A stretch of 64,000 nucleotides of DNA from positions 2,102 to 66,101 of IMG/VR virus record IMGVR_UViG_3300020044_007046, one strand, 5' to 3'. The notes below the pieces were generated by a model. It had not been told where the DNA came from and did no database searches. It was given only the letters and a program-made list of their open reading frames with translations. The translations under genes were made by a program, and so were the position numbers. The DNA is from a virus. Its lineage: Duplodnaviria; Caudoviricetes. This document shows, piece by piece, positions 43,501-52,937 of the stretch; positions within the stretch are counted from its first letter, which is position 1, and each line of letters starts with the position of its first letter.

Positions 43501-44109
43501 CCTCAAGAACTACCACGTAGTACCCAGAAGATACAGTGCAGTTATTATTTACAAACTAGCTCTACTACAAGTAGTGGCCTTACAACGTCGAGCACACTTA
43601 TTAATGCCAATACATTTACAGAAGATTATAGTGCCGGCTCTATTTATATTACTGGAGTTGTAAAAGGCGAAGTTTATAAAATAAAACTACGATATGTTGC
43701 AAGTGACGGTCGTACAGGTCCTTGGACAAGTGAAATCACTCATACAGTAGGACAATTTACAAACTATGCTACTGTCGCCAGTGTTGATGTAGACTTAGAT
43801 ACTTATCATTTAGTGATGAAAGCCGTATCTACTACACCAGTTAATCCAGCATTATTTAAGCACTATGAGTATAGGGTTTATCGTGATACTGGTACAGGAG
43901 ATTTTTGGACTACAGTTCCAGATTCTACAAATCAAATTAAAGTTGTAAAGTCAACTGGTACTGCTCAGCAAAGCTTACTAGATTTTACTGGATCTCGTAT
44001 TTCTGAAGCTGGTGTAAAATATCGTATAGCCTGTCGTACAGTAGACATTCATGATAGTTACGGAGATACGAGTGCGTTGTCTTCTATACTTATCAAAACA
44101 ATTATTTAA
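40510..44109 (+). CDS. Fused tail tip protein: NlpC/P60 peptidase + gpI-like + gpJ/TipJ-like hub with FN3-like tail
   Basis: YIGIPF...GIDCWGLV...HMGI...FLHA, then an I-like segment and hydrophobic linker, then IPVILG...NNPA...F.FN...FTPHNSWGF...GDRVKVMHD. Confidence 0.8.
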   Translation: MWQNKYIGIPFLDKGRDTDGIDCWGLVRLVYKQEYNIDLPSFSSEYEADDTERMRDLFAQYKEGWEKIEEPVEGCIVLFNIFGIESHMGIAVSSTHFLHARDKYTSAIESFDSVGWRNRITGFYKYSENKSAILNVVPHPLRTERFTVPILPGTTLDKLANWIKFEYKIAEELASKITILVNGIVVDSSKWSTTALKDTDRVEYRAVPGKGNTLRLVLTLALVAAAPWLTTQVGIAMGTTAAGTTAAAFAAASPLAYTAISTGVMMVGGALINAISPIRPPDINTPGTNIQQYMVSGGANQVRPYEAIPVILGKVKITPPLGAVNYLTYENDTESYLSMLLLWGYGPLNIDASTLKIGNISLTEYTLPVPPVTLDRKTTPTAQQLLDFTAIYGKDVDVVTSNATLTCPGQYNAVLTEGSFGPWVPASSGVAVYDANGAVVPISQFTVSLHLPQGLRRIFAEGKESGKEESVWVRIEIQVKDGAGPWTTWTDFALGDGTVKKDAFTVNKTYYNLNSLNEVQVRVRRKTGADLEWTKEANGYAKAQIYGQVVLLQTVFLRNTSPIKEPINCTLAGTALKIKANEQLNGQIEGINAIVQTWAPSWDGTAWTTMETNNPAALFLYVLKHPANPQRVKEADVASKINLAQIQYWHNYCVTKGFEFNSVVGSQRSILEVLRDICAAGRASPAMIDGKWSVVIDEPKSNIVQHFTPHNSWGFESTKALAKMPDGLRVTYIDEDQDYQQAEVIVYNSGKSASNAELFESIQLPGVTKKSSIIDHARWHFAQAKLRPEVYRLNSDIEYLVCNRGDRVKVMHDVPMWGTGSGRVKTRVSSTAFVLDEQVFIDVTKNYTIRFRSALGGTVERTLNKTGMTTGYHTTITLATSTTSTEVNAGDLYMFGEYQEEAQDLLVLSIEPSSNKSATLTMVDYGVTDTYNIFTDYATLTAATVFESQITLPGKDLRDSFIDTDVPTISLAVSDESAARLLSTGNYEQRIKISYTNPQELPRSTQKIQCSYYLQTSSTTSSGLTTSSTLINANTFTEDYSAGSIYITGVVKGEVYKIKLRYVASDGRTGPWTSEITHTVGQFTNYATVASVDVDLDTYHLVMKAVSTTPVNPALFKHYEYRVYRDTGTGDFWTTVPDSTNQIKVVKSTGTAQQSLLDFTGSRISEAGVKYRIACRTVDIHDSYGDTSALSSILIKTII

Positions 44110-44118
44110 GAGGTAGAT

Positions 44119-46221
44119 ATGGCAGCAACCTTATCCGCAGGCGTAAATTCTGTTATATTAAAACTGGATACACCTTATGATACTATTAGAACTACTGATA
44201 TTCGGGATGATTTAATCAAGGTAAAAGTATGGTGTTCTACTACTACAAATTTTACACCAAGCGACTCAAACAAAGTATTTGATGCACTAAGCCTATCAAT
44301 TGTTATATCTAAATTAGCTGATGGTACAGATTTAGTTGCGGGCACACCTTACTTTGTAAAGTATGCCTATATCAGCAATATTGATGAAACTGTATATACT
44401 GTATCTAGTCAGCTTACTGCCACACCTATTGTAGCTAGTGCACAAACTGTTGATATTTCTGGGTACAGCGGGTTTAGCAAAACTGGAACTACATTCACAC
44501 CAGTAACAGCAACACTAACAGCTGTAATAAACGGTATTACAAGCCCAGTATATGCCTGGACAATTACAGGTGGTACACTATCCGCTACCAATACTGCCTC
44601 AGTTATAGTAACCCCTTCAGTCAGTGCTACTTCAATCAGCGTCACTCTTAGTGTTACTGGTACAGGGTTAGCTACGCCTATTACAAAAACAATCGTAATG
44701 GCGATTACAGCTGTAGTTCAATCTATTGACATTTCAGGATATGCGAGTTTTGTACAAAATGCTGCACTAGCTTTTACTCCTACAAACACACAAGTTTCTG
44801 CAATATTACAAAATATTACTGGAGCGAGCATTGGTTGGACAGTTACGGGCGGAACATTTACAGGTAGCGGCACTACTATAACTATTACTCCTAATTCTGG
44901 ATCTACAGGTATAACAGTAGTTTTAAATGTTAGCGGTGGAAATTTACCTACACCATTATCTAAAACTATAAATATGCCTGTTGTGTATAATGGCGCAAAA
45001 GGTGAGGTAGGTGCTGCTGGTACAATGTCGGCATTTATATCTATTTATAAGTGGACTAGTAGCTCCACGCCTCCAGCTCGTCCTACAACTACTTCTACGT
45101 ATACTTGGGGTACTGGAGCATTTACAGAGCCCGATACCTGGAATAAAACAATACAAACAAATACTACTCCTGGAGACTACTTGTGGTCTATAACAATACC
45201 ACTTATTGCAGCAGGAACAGTTACAGAAAGCACACTAGATTGGACAAATGTTGCTAACCCTATAAGAAGTATTTCTTATAACGGTAGCAACGGTGTTCCT
45301 GGCAGTAGTGGTAGTGCAACATATTTAATTGAACGAGGTGCTTCTACTAATAATGCTGCACCTACTAATGCCGAAGTAATGGCACTAATAGGTAGAAATC
45401 CAGTAGCTGGTGATATAGCCACAGTTAGTTACAACAACTACAACGGTGCATTAATATACAAATATGCTGCTAGCTGGTCACTGATGACTACTTATATTCC
45501 TGGTAGTTTAATTGTACAAGGAACTATTACTGGAGATAGGCTTGTTACTGGCACAGTTACTGCAGACCTAATTGACAGTCGTGGTTTATCTATCAAAGAC
45601 TCATCAGGAAATGTAATTCTTTCCGCTGGAGTACCACTAACCTCCAGCAATATCACAGCTCCAAGTAGCTGGGTAAATTCTAACATCAGCATTAGCAGTA
45701 ACGGCACGCTTAGTGGCGGTGGTGGTGGACAGGTTAGTATTACTGGACTTGGTTACACAGGTGACCTAAATGCCACCAACGGTGCGCCTACAGGAACACT
45801 TGTAGCAGGAACATTAGCACAGACTGTTGTAGCTAATGCTAATGATGCAAAAGTAGCAGCAGATGCAGCTACATTAGCAGTTGCTGGAAAATTAAACAAG
45901 AGTACAGCCGATACACTAAGTGCAACCATTAGCATTAATGCTGTAACTGGAGCAGGTTTTCGCGCAGGAGATTTGCAGTGGAATTCGTCCGGGGTTAGAA
46001 CAAGTGGTTCGGGGGTAGCTATGACCCCCGGAGGTATCGTTGGCTACAACGGAGCAACAAATACTTTTAGTATTAGTGCTTCTACAGGAGATGCTTATTT
46101 TGCTGGCACTCTTAATGTATTAGGACAAACCGCAGGTCAAGGCAGTATGGCAGTAACTAATAATAACATTATTATCAGAGATGCCTCTAATAATATACGT
46201 GTTAAATTAGGTTTATTGTAA
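44119..46221 (+). CDS. Tail fibre / central straight fibre-like protein
   Basis: Thr/Ser-rich beta repeats; GSLIVQGTITGDRL motif; C-terminal NNIRVKLGLL. Confidence 0.65.
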   Translation: MAATLSAGVNSVILKLDTPYDTIRTTDIRDDLIKVKVWCSTTTNFTPSDSNKVFDALSLSIVISKLADGTDLVAGTPYFVKYAYISNIDETVYTVSSQLTATPIVASAQTVDISGYSGFSKTGTTFTPVTATLTAVINGITSPVYAWTITGGTLSATNTASVIVTPSVSATSISVTLSVTGTGLATPITKTIVMAITAVVQSIDISGYASFVQNAALAFTPTNTQVSAILQNITGASIGWTVTGGTFTGSGTTITITPNSGSTGITVVLNVSGGNLPTPLSKTINMPVVYNGAKGEVGAAGTMSAFISIYKWTSSSTPPARPTTTSTYTWGTGAFTEPDTWNKTIQTNTTPGDYLWSITIPLIAAGTVTESTLDWTNVANPIRSISYNGSNGVPGSSGSATYLIERGASTNNAAPTNAEVMALIGRNPVAGDIATVSYNNYNGALIYKYAASWSLMTTYIPGSLIVQGTITGDRLVTGTVTADLIDSRGLSIKDSSGNVILSAGVPLTSSNITAPSSWVNSNISISSNGTLSGGGGGQVSITGLGYTGDLNATNGAPTGTLVAGTLAQTVVANANDAKVAADAATLAVAGKLNKSTADTLSATISINAVTGAGFRAGDLQWNSSGVRTSGSGVAMTPGGIVGYNGATNTFSISASTGDAYFAGTLNVLGQTAGQGSMAVTNNNIIIRDASNNIRVKLGLL

Positions 46222-46222
46222 T

Positions 46223-46537
46223 ATGGCATATGGATTAACTACTTACAAAGCAGACGGAACTACTGTTGTGCTACAAAACTCCACCAAAAGTGGGGTTTTT
46301 GGTGAAGCATATACTATATCCAAAAGTGGGACTGCAGGACTACAAACAGTTGTAGAATTCCCACAATATACAGGTAGAAGTATTAGGCCAATGCAACTTA
46401 GACCTGGTGGGCATGTATGGTATGTAGGAGTAGTCAACAATATTCCAAGAATAACTTTTACTGAAAATTCAGCAATTGGTGTTACTAGCGCTAGTTTTTA
46501 CTATAATGATACAGTTCTATACATTTTTGTTAAATAA
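46223..46537 (+). CDS. Small tail-associated protein
   Basis: MAYGL... start, as in the next gene; position in the tail module. Confidence 0.55.
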   Translation: MAYGLTTYKADGTTVVLQNSTKSGVFGEAYTISKSGTAGLQTVVEFPQYTGRSIRPMQLRPGGHVWYVGVVNNIPRITFTENSAIGVTSASFYYNDTVLYIFVK

Positions 46538-46545
46538 GGATATCT

Positions 46546-49500
46546 ATGGCCTATGGTCTACAAATAATAAATGATGATTCAGAGCTGTTGGTTGATAGTG
46601 AGTATCTTAATCCTACATTTGTACAAAAACTAGAATTTGATACAACCCCTACTATTGTAGAAGCTGCAAGCGGCTTTATACATCCTGGGTATATAAAAAG
46701 AGAATATAAAACTACAAATACAGTTTCATTAGGTGTAGCTGGAATGGCTTATGTTGTAATGTGGACTTTACCTGATAATGGTACTAGTGACATTTATTAT
46801 AATTTTGATAGTTCTATAGCTTATTTAAATGAAAAACTTACTTGTTTTGTTTATGCAAATTCTACTGGTAGTGCTTTAACTTACACATTACCTACTGCAT
46901 ATGTTTTTGCAGTAACTGCAGCAGGTGTTAATAGTCTAACGTCAACAGGTCCAGCCTTACGCATGTATAATACTACTGGGCAAAAAACTTTTGACAGTAA
47001 TTTTGTACAATTAGCTCCTTATAGTATTACTGATACATTTGCTTTTTCTGTATCAGGAGCAAATGTAAATAATTATGGAACTACACCAGTTTCTATTAGT
47101 TTATCAATACCAACCAATCCGATATTTATGTTACCGGATTTTCATGCACTTAGAATAAACAAAGGCCCTGTTAATAGTTTTGCTCACCAAGAATATTTAT
47201 ATGAGACCGCATTTAGACGAGTCGGTAGTACACTATATACCCGTCTATATGTTGTAGATTACTATAATGAGGACTATGCTTGGCCGTTAACACAAACAAC
47301 TTTTACTAGTGGCAATAACAATCAACTATCCATTATTGTAGCGGATGCTAATTTATATGAAGCTGTATCTGCTGGGGGTGGGGGCGGGGGTTCTAATCCT
47401 ACATACACACTTTCTTCAAATTTTACTTCAAGAGATGAAGGTACAACAGTCGTAGTTACTTTAAATACTACTCTAGTAGCTGATTATACAGAGTTTTTCT
47501 ATACTGTTACTGGAGTTGCCGCAGCTGATTTAAGTGCCGGCGGAGTAACTGGTAAATTTATAATACTTAACAATACAGCAAGTGCTAGTTTTACTTTTGC
47601 AAACGACTTGTTAACCGAAGGTACTGAAACATTTACCCTAAGCCTAGACGGTTTAACACAATCGGTAAGTGTAACAGTTAACGATACTAGTAAAGCGGGT
47701 ACATTTAGCTGGAGTACACCTGGAAATGTAAATGAGGGTTCAACAGGCTTTACTACATTTAATGCTACTAATGCCAACGGCAAAGTCGTAACATTTAGCG
47801 TAATAGCCCCTAGTACAGGTACAAGTATATCTGGTTCCAGCGATGGAGCGCTGTTAACAGGTAGTTGGACAGTTAGTGGTGATGCACCCACTTCTATAAA
47901 TGTACAGTATTCGGCAGTAGCAGACTCAACCACTGAAGGTCCGGAAGCGTTTAGACTTACAGCAACAGTAGATGGTGTCACATACACAAGCAATGATATT
48001 ATTGTAAATGATACTAGTAAGACAATTGGATATTCTGTTTCGGCAGCAGACAATTGGGATGAATCTGGTACTTATACGGTAACTATAGGTGCTAACAATG
48101 TTAATGGCACAACATTATATCTAACGACAGACAATGCACTAGTAACACCAAGTTCAAGCACAGTAACAGTAAATTCGGATACTTTTACTATTAATGTAAA
48201 TTATACCGCAGGTATTGTAACTGCTAATACAACAGTACGTCTACATGTAAGAACAGGCAGTGCGACTGGAACAATACAAGCCTTCAAAGACATTATTTTA
48301 ACTAACGTAGCGGCTTCCTATAGTTTCGGAACAGTAGCTGCTTTTAATGAAGGCAGTTCAGGCTCAGTACAGTTTAATTACAGTTATGCTGCTAATAAAT
48401 CCGTAACATTTTCGGTTGCCGCCCCTACCAGTGGCACAAGTGGTGTATCTGATGTTACATTAAATACTACAACTCACAGTATTGGGGCAACAAATGCTTC
48501 TGGAAATGTAAGTGTTACGTATTCAGCAGCAGCCGACACTACTACCGAAGGCCCAGAGTATTTTCGAATTGCAGCAACAGTTGATGGTAGTACATATTAT
48601 AGCAACAATATTACTATAAATGATACCTCGCTAACGCCTACACCAACGTATGTTTTAACACGATCTGTTGCAAGTGTTAACGAAGGCGGCAGTTTTTCAA
48701 TAACTTTTGCTACTAATCAAGTAGGTAGTTTTGCTTATACTATTACTGGAGTTAGTTCCGCAGATATTAGTGGAGCAAGTTTAACAGGAACTGTTAGTAA
48801 TGGAAGTACTTTAAATTATACAGTTGCATCAGATGCTACTACTGAAGGAACAGAAACATTTAGTATTACACTAAACAACGGACTATCTAATACTCCAACT
48901 GTTACAATTAATGATACATCACTAACACCTGCGCCAACTTATAGTTTAACACGATCTACTGCAAGTGTTAACGAAGGTGGAAGTTTTACTATAACTTTTG
49001 CTACTAATCAAGCGGGTAGTTTTGCTTATACTATTACTGGAGTTAGCTCAGCAGATATTGGCGGAGCAAGTTTAACAGGCTCAGTTAGTAATGGAAGTGT
49101 GTTAAGTTACAATGTAACTGCTGATACTACTACTGAAGGATCCGAAACATTTAGTATTACGCTAAACAATGGACTATCTAATACTCCAACTGTTACGATT
49201 AATGATACCTCGCTAACCGCTCCAAGCTATAGTTTAGGAAATACTTGGAATGGCCAAACTATAGCAAATGGCACAATTCTTTTCTTCTATTTACGATCAA
49301 CAAATGCCAGTGGAGTAACGGTAAACGTTAGCAAAAGCGGAACAGGGTCTAGTCGTGTTACTATAGATCCTATTAGTTTTACAATTGCTGGTAATGGTCA
49401 AACAGATACTTACATACAAGTAACTACAAGTAATCCTTCTAGTCCTATTGCTCAGCAAAGTGTAACTATTAGTTTAAGTACTGGTCAATCTTTTAGCTTT

Positions 49501-49902
49501 AATATTCAAGAAGTTACAGCGCAAATACCTTGGGTAACTTCTGTTGTAGATACTATGTATAACGATACTTACTATAACGGAGAAACTATTACCTACTCAA
49601 TTAATATGGCTAGTCCAATAACTGCAGCTACTGTGGTAAGGGTTGCAGTTTGGATAAATGTTGCAGCTAATGGCACCGGCGGGCAAGAAGCAGGATATAA
49701 TGATTTTACAGGTGGACAATCTATTAGTGGTATTAATGGATTCTTTCCGTTAGGTGCAAATGATGGGTACTATACTACTGTTCCTAATCCTGGCTTAAAC
49801 ACTAAAGTAATGGTTAAAGCCAGAACAATTAGTGCCGGTAATCCACAATCAAACTATGTTAATGGTACTGTGCGCCAGTTAAGTAGCAGTGCACCTCCAT
49901 AA
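46546..49902 (+). CDS. Large virion protein with tandem Ig/Calx-beta-like repeats
   Basis: Repeated NEG...ADxTTEGxETF..TLN..INDTS units of about 100 aa; two near-identical copies at about 48640-49230. Confidence 0.75.
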   Translation: MAYGLQIINDDSELLVDSEYLNPTFVQKLEFDTTPTIVEAASGFIHPGYIKREYKTTNTVSLGVAGMAYVVMWTLPDNGTSDIYYNFDSSIAYLNEKLTCFVYANSTGSALTYTLPTAYVFAVTAAGVNSLTSTGPALRMYNTTGQKTFDSNFVQLAPYSITDTFAFSVSGANVNNYGTTPVSISLSIPTNPIFMLPDFHALRINKGPVNSFAHQEYLYETAFRRVGSTLYTRLYVVDYYNEDYAWPLTQTTFTSGNNNQLSIIVADANLYEAVSAGGGGGGSNPTYTLSSNFTSRDEGTTVVVTLNTTLVADYTEFFYTVTGVAAADLSAGGVTGKFIILNNTASASFTFANDLLTEGTETFTLSLDGLTQSVSVTVNDTSKAGTFSWSTPGNVNEGSTGFTTFNATNANGKVVTFSVIAPSTGTSISGSSDGALLTGSWTVSGDAPTSINVQYSAVADSTTEGPEAFRLTATVDGVTYTSNDIIVNDTSKTIGYSVSAADNWDESGTYTVTIGANNVNGTTLYLTTDNALVTPSSSTVTVNSDTFTINVNYTAGIVTANTTVRLHVRTGSATGTIQAFKDIILTNVAASYSFGTVAAFNEGSSGSVQFNYSYAANKSVTFSVAAPTSGTSGVSDVTLNTTTHSIGATNASGNVSVTYSAAADTTTEGPEYFRIAATVDGSTYYSNNITINDTSLTPTPTYVLTRSVASVNEGGSFSITFATNQVGSFAYTITGVSSADISGASLTGTVSNGSTLNYTVASDATTEGTETFSITLNNGLSNTPTVTINDTSLTPAPTYSLTRSTASVNEGGSFTITFATNQAGSFAYTITGVSSADIGGASLTGSVSNGSVLSYNVTADTTTEGSETFSITLNNGLSNTPTVTINDTSLTAPSYSLGNTWNGQTIANGTILFFYLRSTNASGVTVNVSKSGTGSSRVTIDPISFTIAGNGQTDTYIQVTTSNPSSPIAQQSVTISLSTGQSFSFNIQEVTAQIPWVTSVVDTMYNDTYYNGETITYSINMASPITAATVVRVAVWINVAANGTGGQEAGYNDFTGGQSISGINGFFPLGANDGYYTTVPNPGLNTKVMVKARTISAGNPQSNYVNGTVRQLSSSAPP

Positions 49903-49924
49903 CCCTAAACCTTCGCAAAAACTA

Positions 49925-49990
49925 TACCCTGTCCAATCTTTGGGCAGGGTATTTTTTTGCATTGACAAACTCCCGCCCTTGTGGTATAAT
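49925..49990 (+). promoter_or_regulatory. Terminator followed by a consensus promoter
   Basis: TACCCTGTCCAA..TTGGGCAGGGTATTTTTTT, then TTGACA(49962)-17-TATAAT(49985). Confidence 0.75.
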
Positions 49991-50113
49991 ATACCAAAAT
50001 GTCAGAACATTTCAATATTTTTTCTTGACAAGCTTTTACCCCAATTTAAAAGGCGGACTCGCCGTTTGGATTATAATTAAATATATAACCACTGCTAATA
50101 AGGAGATCTGATT

Positions 50114-50464
50114 ATGGTGGAGATTGATAACCACAGCGTCATTCAGACAGTTTCACTAGTTGCGTTAGCAGTTGTTGCTTTCTCAGTTGGAATACAGAAA
50201 CTTCTAAAAGACTGGAAAAGTACTGGTGCGGAAACTAGCATTATTAGTTTAATGCACACGGAACTAGAACGTATGAGCGAACAGAATGGCTTACTAGCAA
50301 CTGAATTAAATCGCTTGCAGCAAGAAATGATTTTATTAAATGCACAACTATCACAGTTATGCATTGAGAATCAGCAACTACAAACCGAAGTTGTAGCTTT
50401 AACAGAAGAAGTAAATAAATTTAGAGTGTCGGCTACACTTGCAGCAGCAAAGAAAGTAAGGTAA
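50114..50464 (+). CDS. Membrane-anchored coiled-coil protein (possible holin/spanin-like)
   Basis: One N-terminal hydrophobic helix plus a long coiled coil. Confidence 0.5.
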   Translation: MVEIDNHSVIQTVSLVALAVVAFSVGIQKLLKDWKSTGAETSIISLMHTELERMSEQNGLLATELNRLQQEMILLNAQLSQLCIENQQLQTEVVALTEEVNKFRVSATLAAAKKVR

Positions 50465-50468
50465 TCCA

Positions 50469-51325
50469 ATGGAACCAGCAAAGATTAGTTATAAAATTTA
50501 CCAAGGTAGTACTTTCCAGGAGACTCTTCGCTGGGAGTCCGAGACAAAACAATACGCTCCAATTTCTGCTATTACTCAAGCAGCGCCTTGTGTAATTACT
50601 ACTAGTAGTGCGCATGGTGTGCCATTAAACTGGAGAGTACGAGTAACTGGCGTTAATGGTATGAAAGACATTAACACTATTAGTGAAGATGCATACTATT
50701 TGGTTACTGGCAAAACATCTACTACAGTAACCCTAAACCAAGTTAATTCAGCAGGTTACGGTGCTTATACATCAGGTGGAACTCTAGAGTACAATACACC
50801 AATTCCTATTACTGGCTACACTGCACAAATGCAGATTCGTGAAACGCTAGAGTCTACTACAGTTTTACACGAGATGACAACTGCTAATGGTGGCATTATT
50901 ATTGATCCCGTTAATTACACAATCTCACTGAAAATTACTTCTGCAGTTACAGGCACATTTAACTTTGATGCAGCAGTATATTCTTGTGAATTAACAGATA
51001 ATCAAGGTAACGTAATTCCCTTTCTTAGCGGAAGTATTAGTTTAGTAAAAGAGGTCACAAGATGACAACTAATGTAATTGTAACCGAAGTTAACAATGCA
51101 GTTATTATTGAGCGCAAGGAACCTGTTGTTGTTTCTTCGCAATCACAAACCAAAGTAGTAGTAGGCGGCATGATTGGCCCCACAGCTACGACGTTAAGGG
51201 GGCTGTCTGATTTAGACTTAACCCAACTAGCGGCAGGAAGCTTATTAGTTTATAATGCCGGAAATCAGAAATGGACTGCTACAAATTTGTTGGATCAACA
51301 AGTTTTTGAGTCCGGTCAATTTTAA
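50469..51325 (+). CDS. Two virion-associated proteins (50469-51065, 51062-51325)
   Basis: IYQGSTF...YTAQMQIR...YSCELTD pattern seen in baseplate/adaptor proteins; ATGA overlap. Confidence 0.55.
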
Positions 51326-51335
51326 AGGATAAAAA

Positions 51336-52889
51336 ATGGCTTCTATTTTAAGAATTAAACGCAGTGAACTAAGTGGTAATCCTGCGGTACTGGGTGCTGG
51401 TGAGTTAGCCTACTCAGCATTAGCAAACAATGGCTCAAACGGTGGTGACCGACTTTATATTGGTACAGGCACTGAAAGTGGCGGAAATGCTGTAAATCAC
51501 GTTGTAATCGGTGGTAAATACTTTACTGATACAATCGATGCAGCTACCGCAACAAAAGTTAATGGCACACTAGTAAAACGTAATGCACAAGGTGCAGCCT
51601 ATCTAGATATTGTAGGTAACTTACTGGGTAATGTAACTGGTGACTTAAACGGTAATTTTACTGGGCCTGTTACAGGTAATGTAACTGGTAACGTAACTGG
51701 TAACGTAACTGGTGATTTAACTGGTAACGTAACTGGTAATACTACCGGTACACATACAGGTGCTGTAACTGGTAACGTAACTGGTAACGTAACTGGTGAT
51801 TTAACTGGTAACGTAACTGGTAACGTAGTTGGTAATTCAGCTACTGCCACACGACTTTTAAACGCACGCAGCTTAAGTTTAACAGGTGATGCAACGGCTA
51901 CATTATCAAATTTTGATGGTTCGGCTAATGTTAGTGCCGCTATTACTCTTGCAAATTCAGGTGTTACAGCTGGTGACTACGGATCTGCAACCGCAATCCC
52001 AGTTATCTCAGTTAATGCCAAAGGTTTAGTAACTGGTGTTACAACTGCTAATATTGCAACTACATTGGGCATTGCAGGAGATACTGGCACAGACCAAGTT
52101 AACCTATTAACAGATACACTAACATTCGAAGGCGGTAACGGATTAGTAGCAACAGTTACTAATAACAAAGTTACAGTTGGTTTAACAGGTTCTATTAACA
52201 TATCTGCGCTGACAACTGCTTCGGTTAATGCAGGAGCGCTAACAGTTACAGGCACAATTACTGCAGGTGATACAAGCACAGCAAACATCAGCGTTAACGG
52301 AAATGCAGTTATTACTGGTGACTTAACAGTTCAAGGTACAACAACCACTGTTAGCTCTACAACAGTTACAATTGCAGACCGAAACTTACAACTTGCTCCT
52401 AGTGCTAACACAGCTATTTTAAGTGATGGTGGTGGTTTAACAGTTGGTACTACTTTAAGTGGATTTACTGCTGCAACACTAACATATTCTGCACTCGATA
52501 ATCGTTGGAATTTAAACAAAGATTTAAATGTTGCTAATGTTTACGCAGCATTAAAAGGTAATGCAGATACAGCTACAATATGGGCAACTGCTCGTAACTT
52601 GAGTTTAACTGGCGACGCATCTGCAACACTTTCTAGTGTTGATGGTAGCGCAAACGTTAGTGGTGCACTTACCCTAGCAACAGTTAATACTAATGTGGGC
52701 AGTTGGGGTGATAGCGTAACAGTCCCTAGTTTTACGGTTAATGCTAAGGGTTTGATTACTGCTGCAAGTAACACACCAATTCCTTTGGCTACAATAAGTG
52801 TTAAAGGTCTAGCTAGTTTTGACTCTACACAGTTTTCAGTCACTTCGGGTGCAGTAACTATTACTCAAGTTGACGGCGGAGCGTATTAA
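51336..52889 (+). CDS. Tail fibre protein with (G-N/D-V/L-T) tetrapeptide repeats
   Basis: ILRIKRS...LGAGELAY N-terminus; GNVTGNVTGDLT repeats at about 51600-51840. Confidence 0.75.
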   Translation: MASILRIKRSELSGNPAVLGAGELAYSALANNGSNGGDRLYIGTGTESGGNAVNHVVIGGKYFTDTIDAATATKVNGTLVKRNAQGAAYLDIVGNLLGNVTGDLNGNFTGPVTGNVTGNVTGNVTGDLTGNVTGNTTGTHTGAVTGNVTGNVTGDLTGNVTGNVVGNSATATRLLNARSLSLTGDATATLSNFDGSANVSAAITLANSGVTAGDYGSATAIPVISVNAKGLVTGVTTANIATTLGIAGDTGTDQVNLLTDTLTFEGGNGLVATVTNNKVTVGLTGSINISALTTASVNAGALTVTGTITAGDTSTANISVNGNAVITGDLTVQGTTTTVSSTTVTIADRNLQLAPSANTAILSDGGGLTVGTTLSGFTAATLTYSALDNRWNLNKDLNVANVYAALKGNADTATIWATARNLSLTGDASATLSSVDGSANVSGALTLATVNTNVGSWGDSVTVPSFTVNAKGLITAASNTPIPLATISVKGLASFDSTQFSVTSGAVTITQVDGGAY

Positions 52890-52937
52890 TAAAAGGGAAA
52901 CTTCTATAAGTTTCCCTATTCCTTTTTAGGGCTAACT

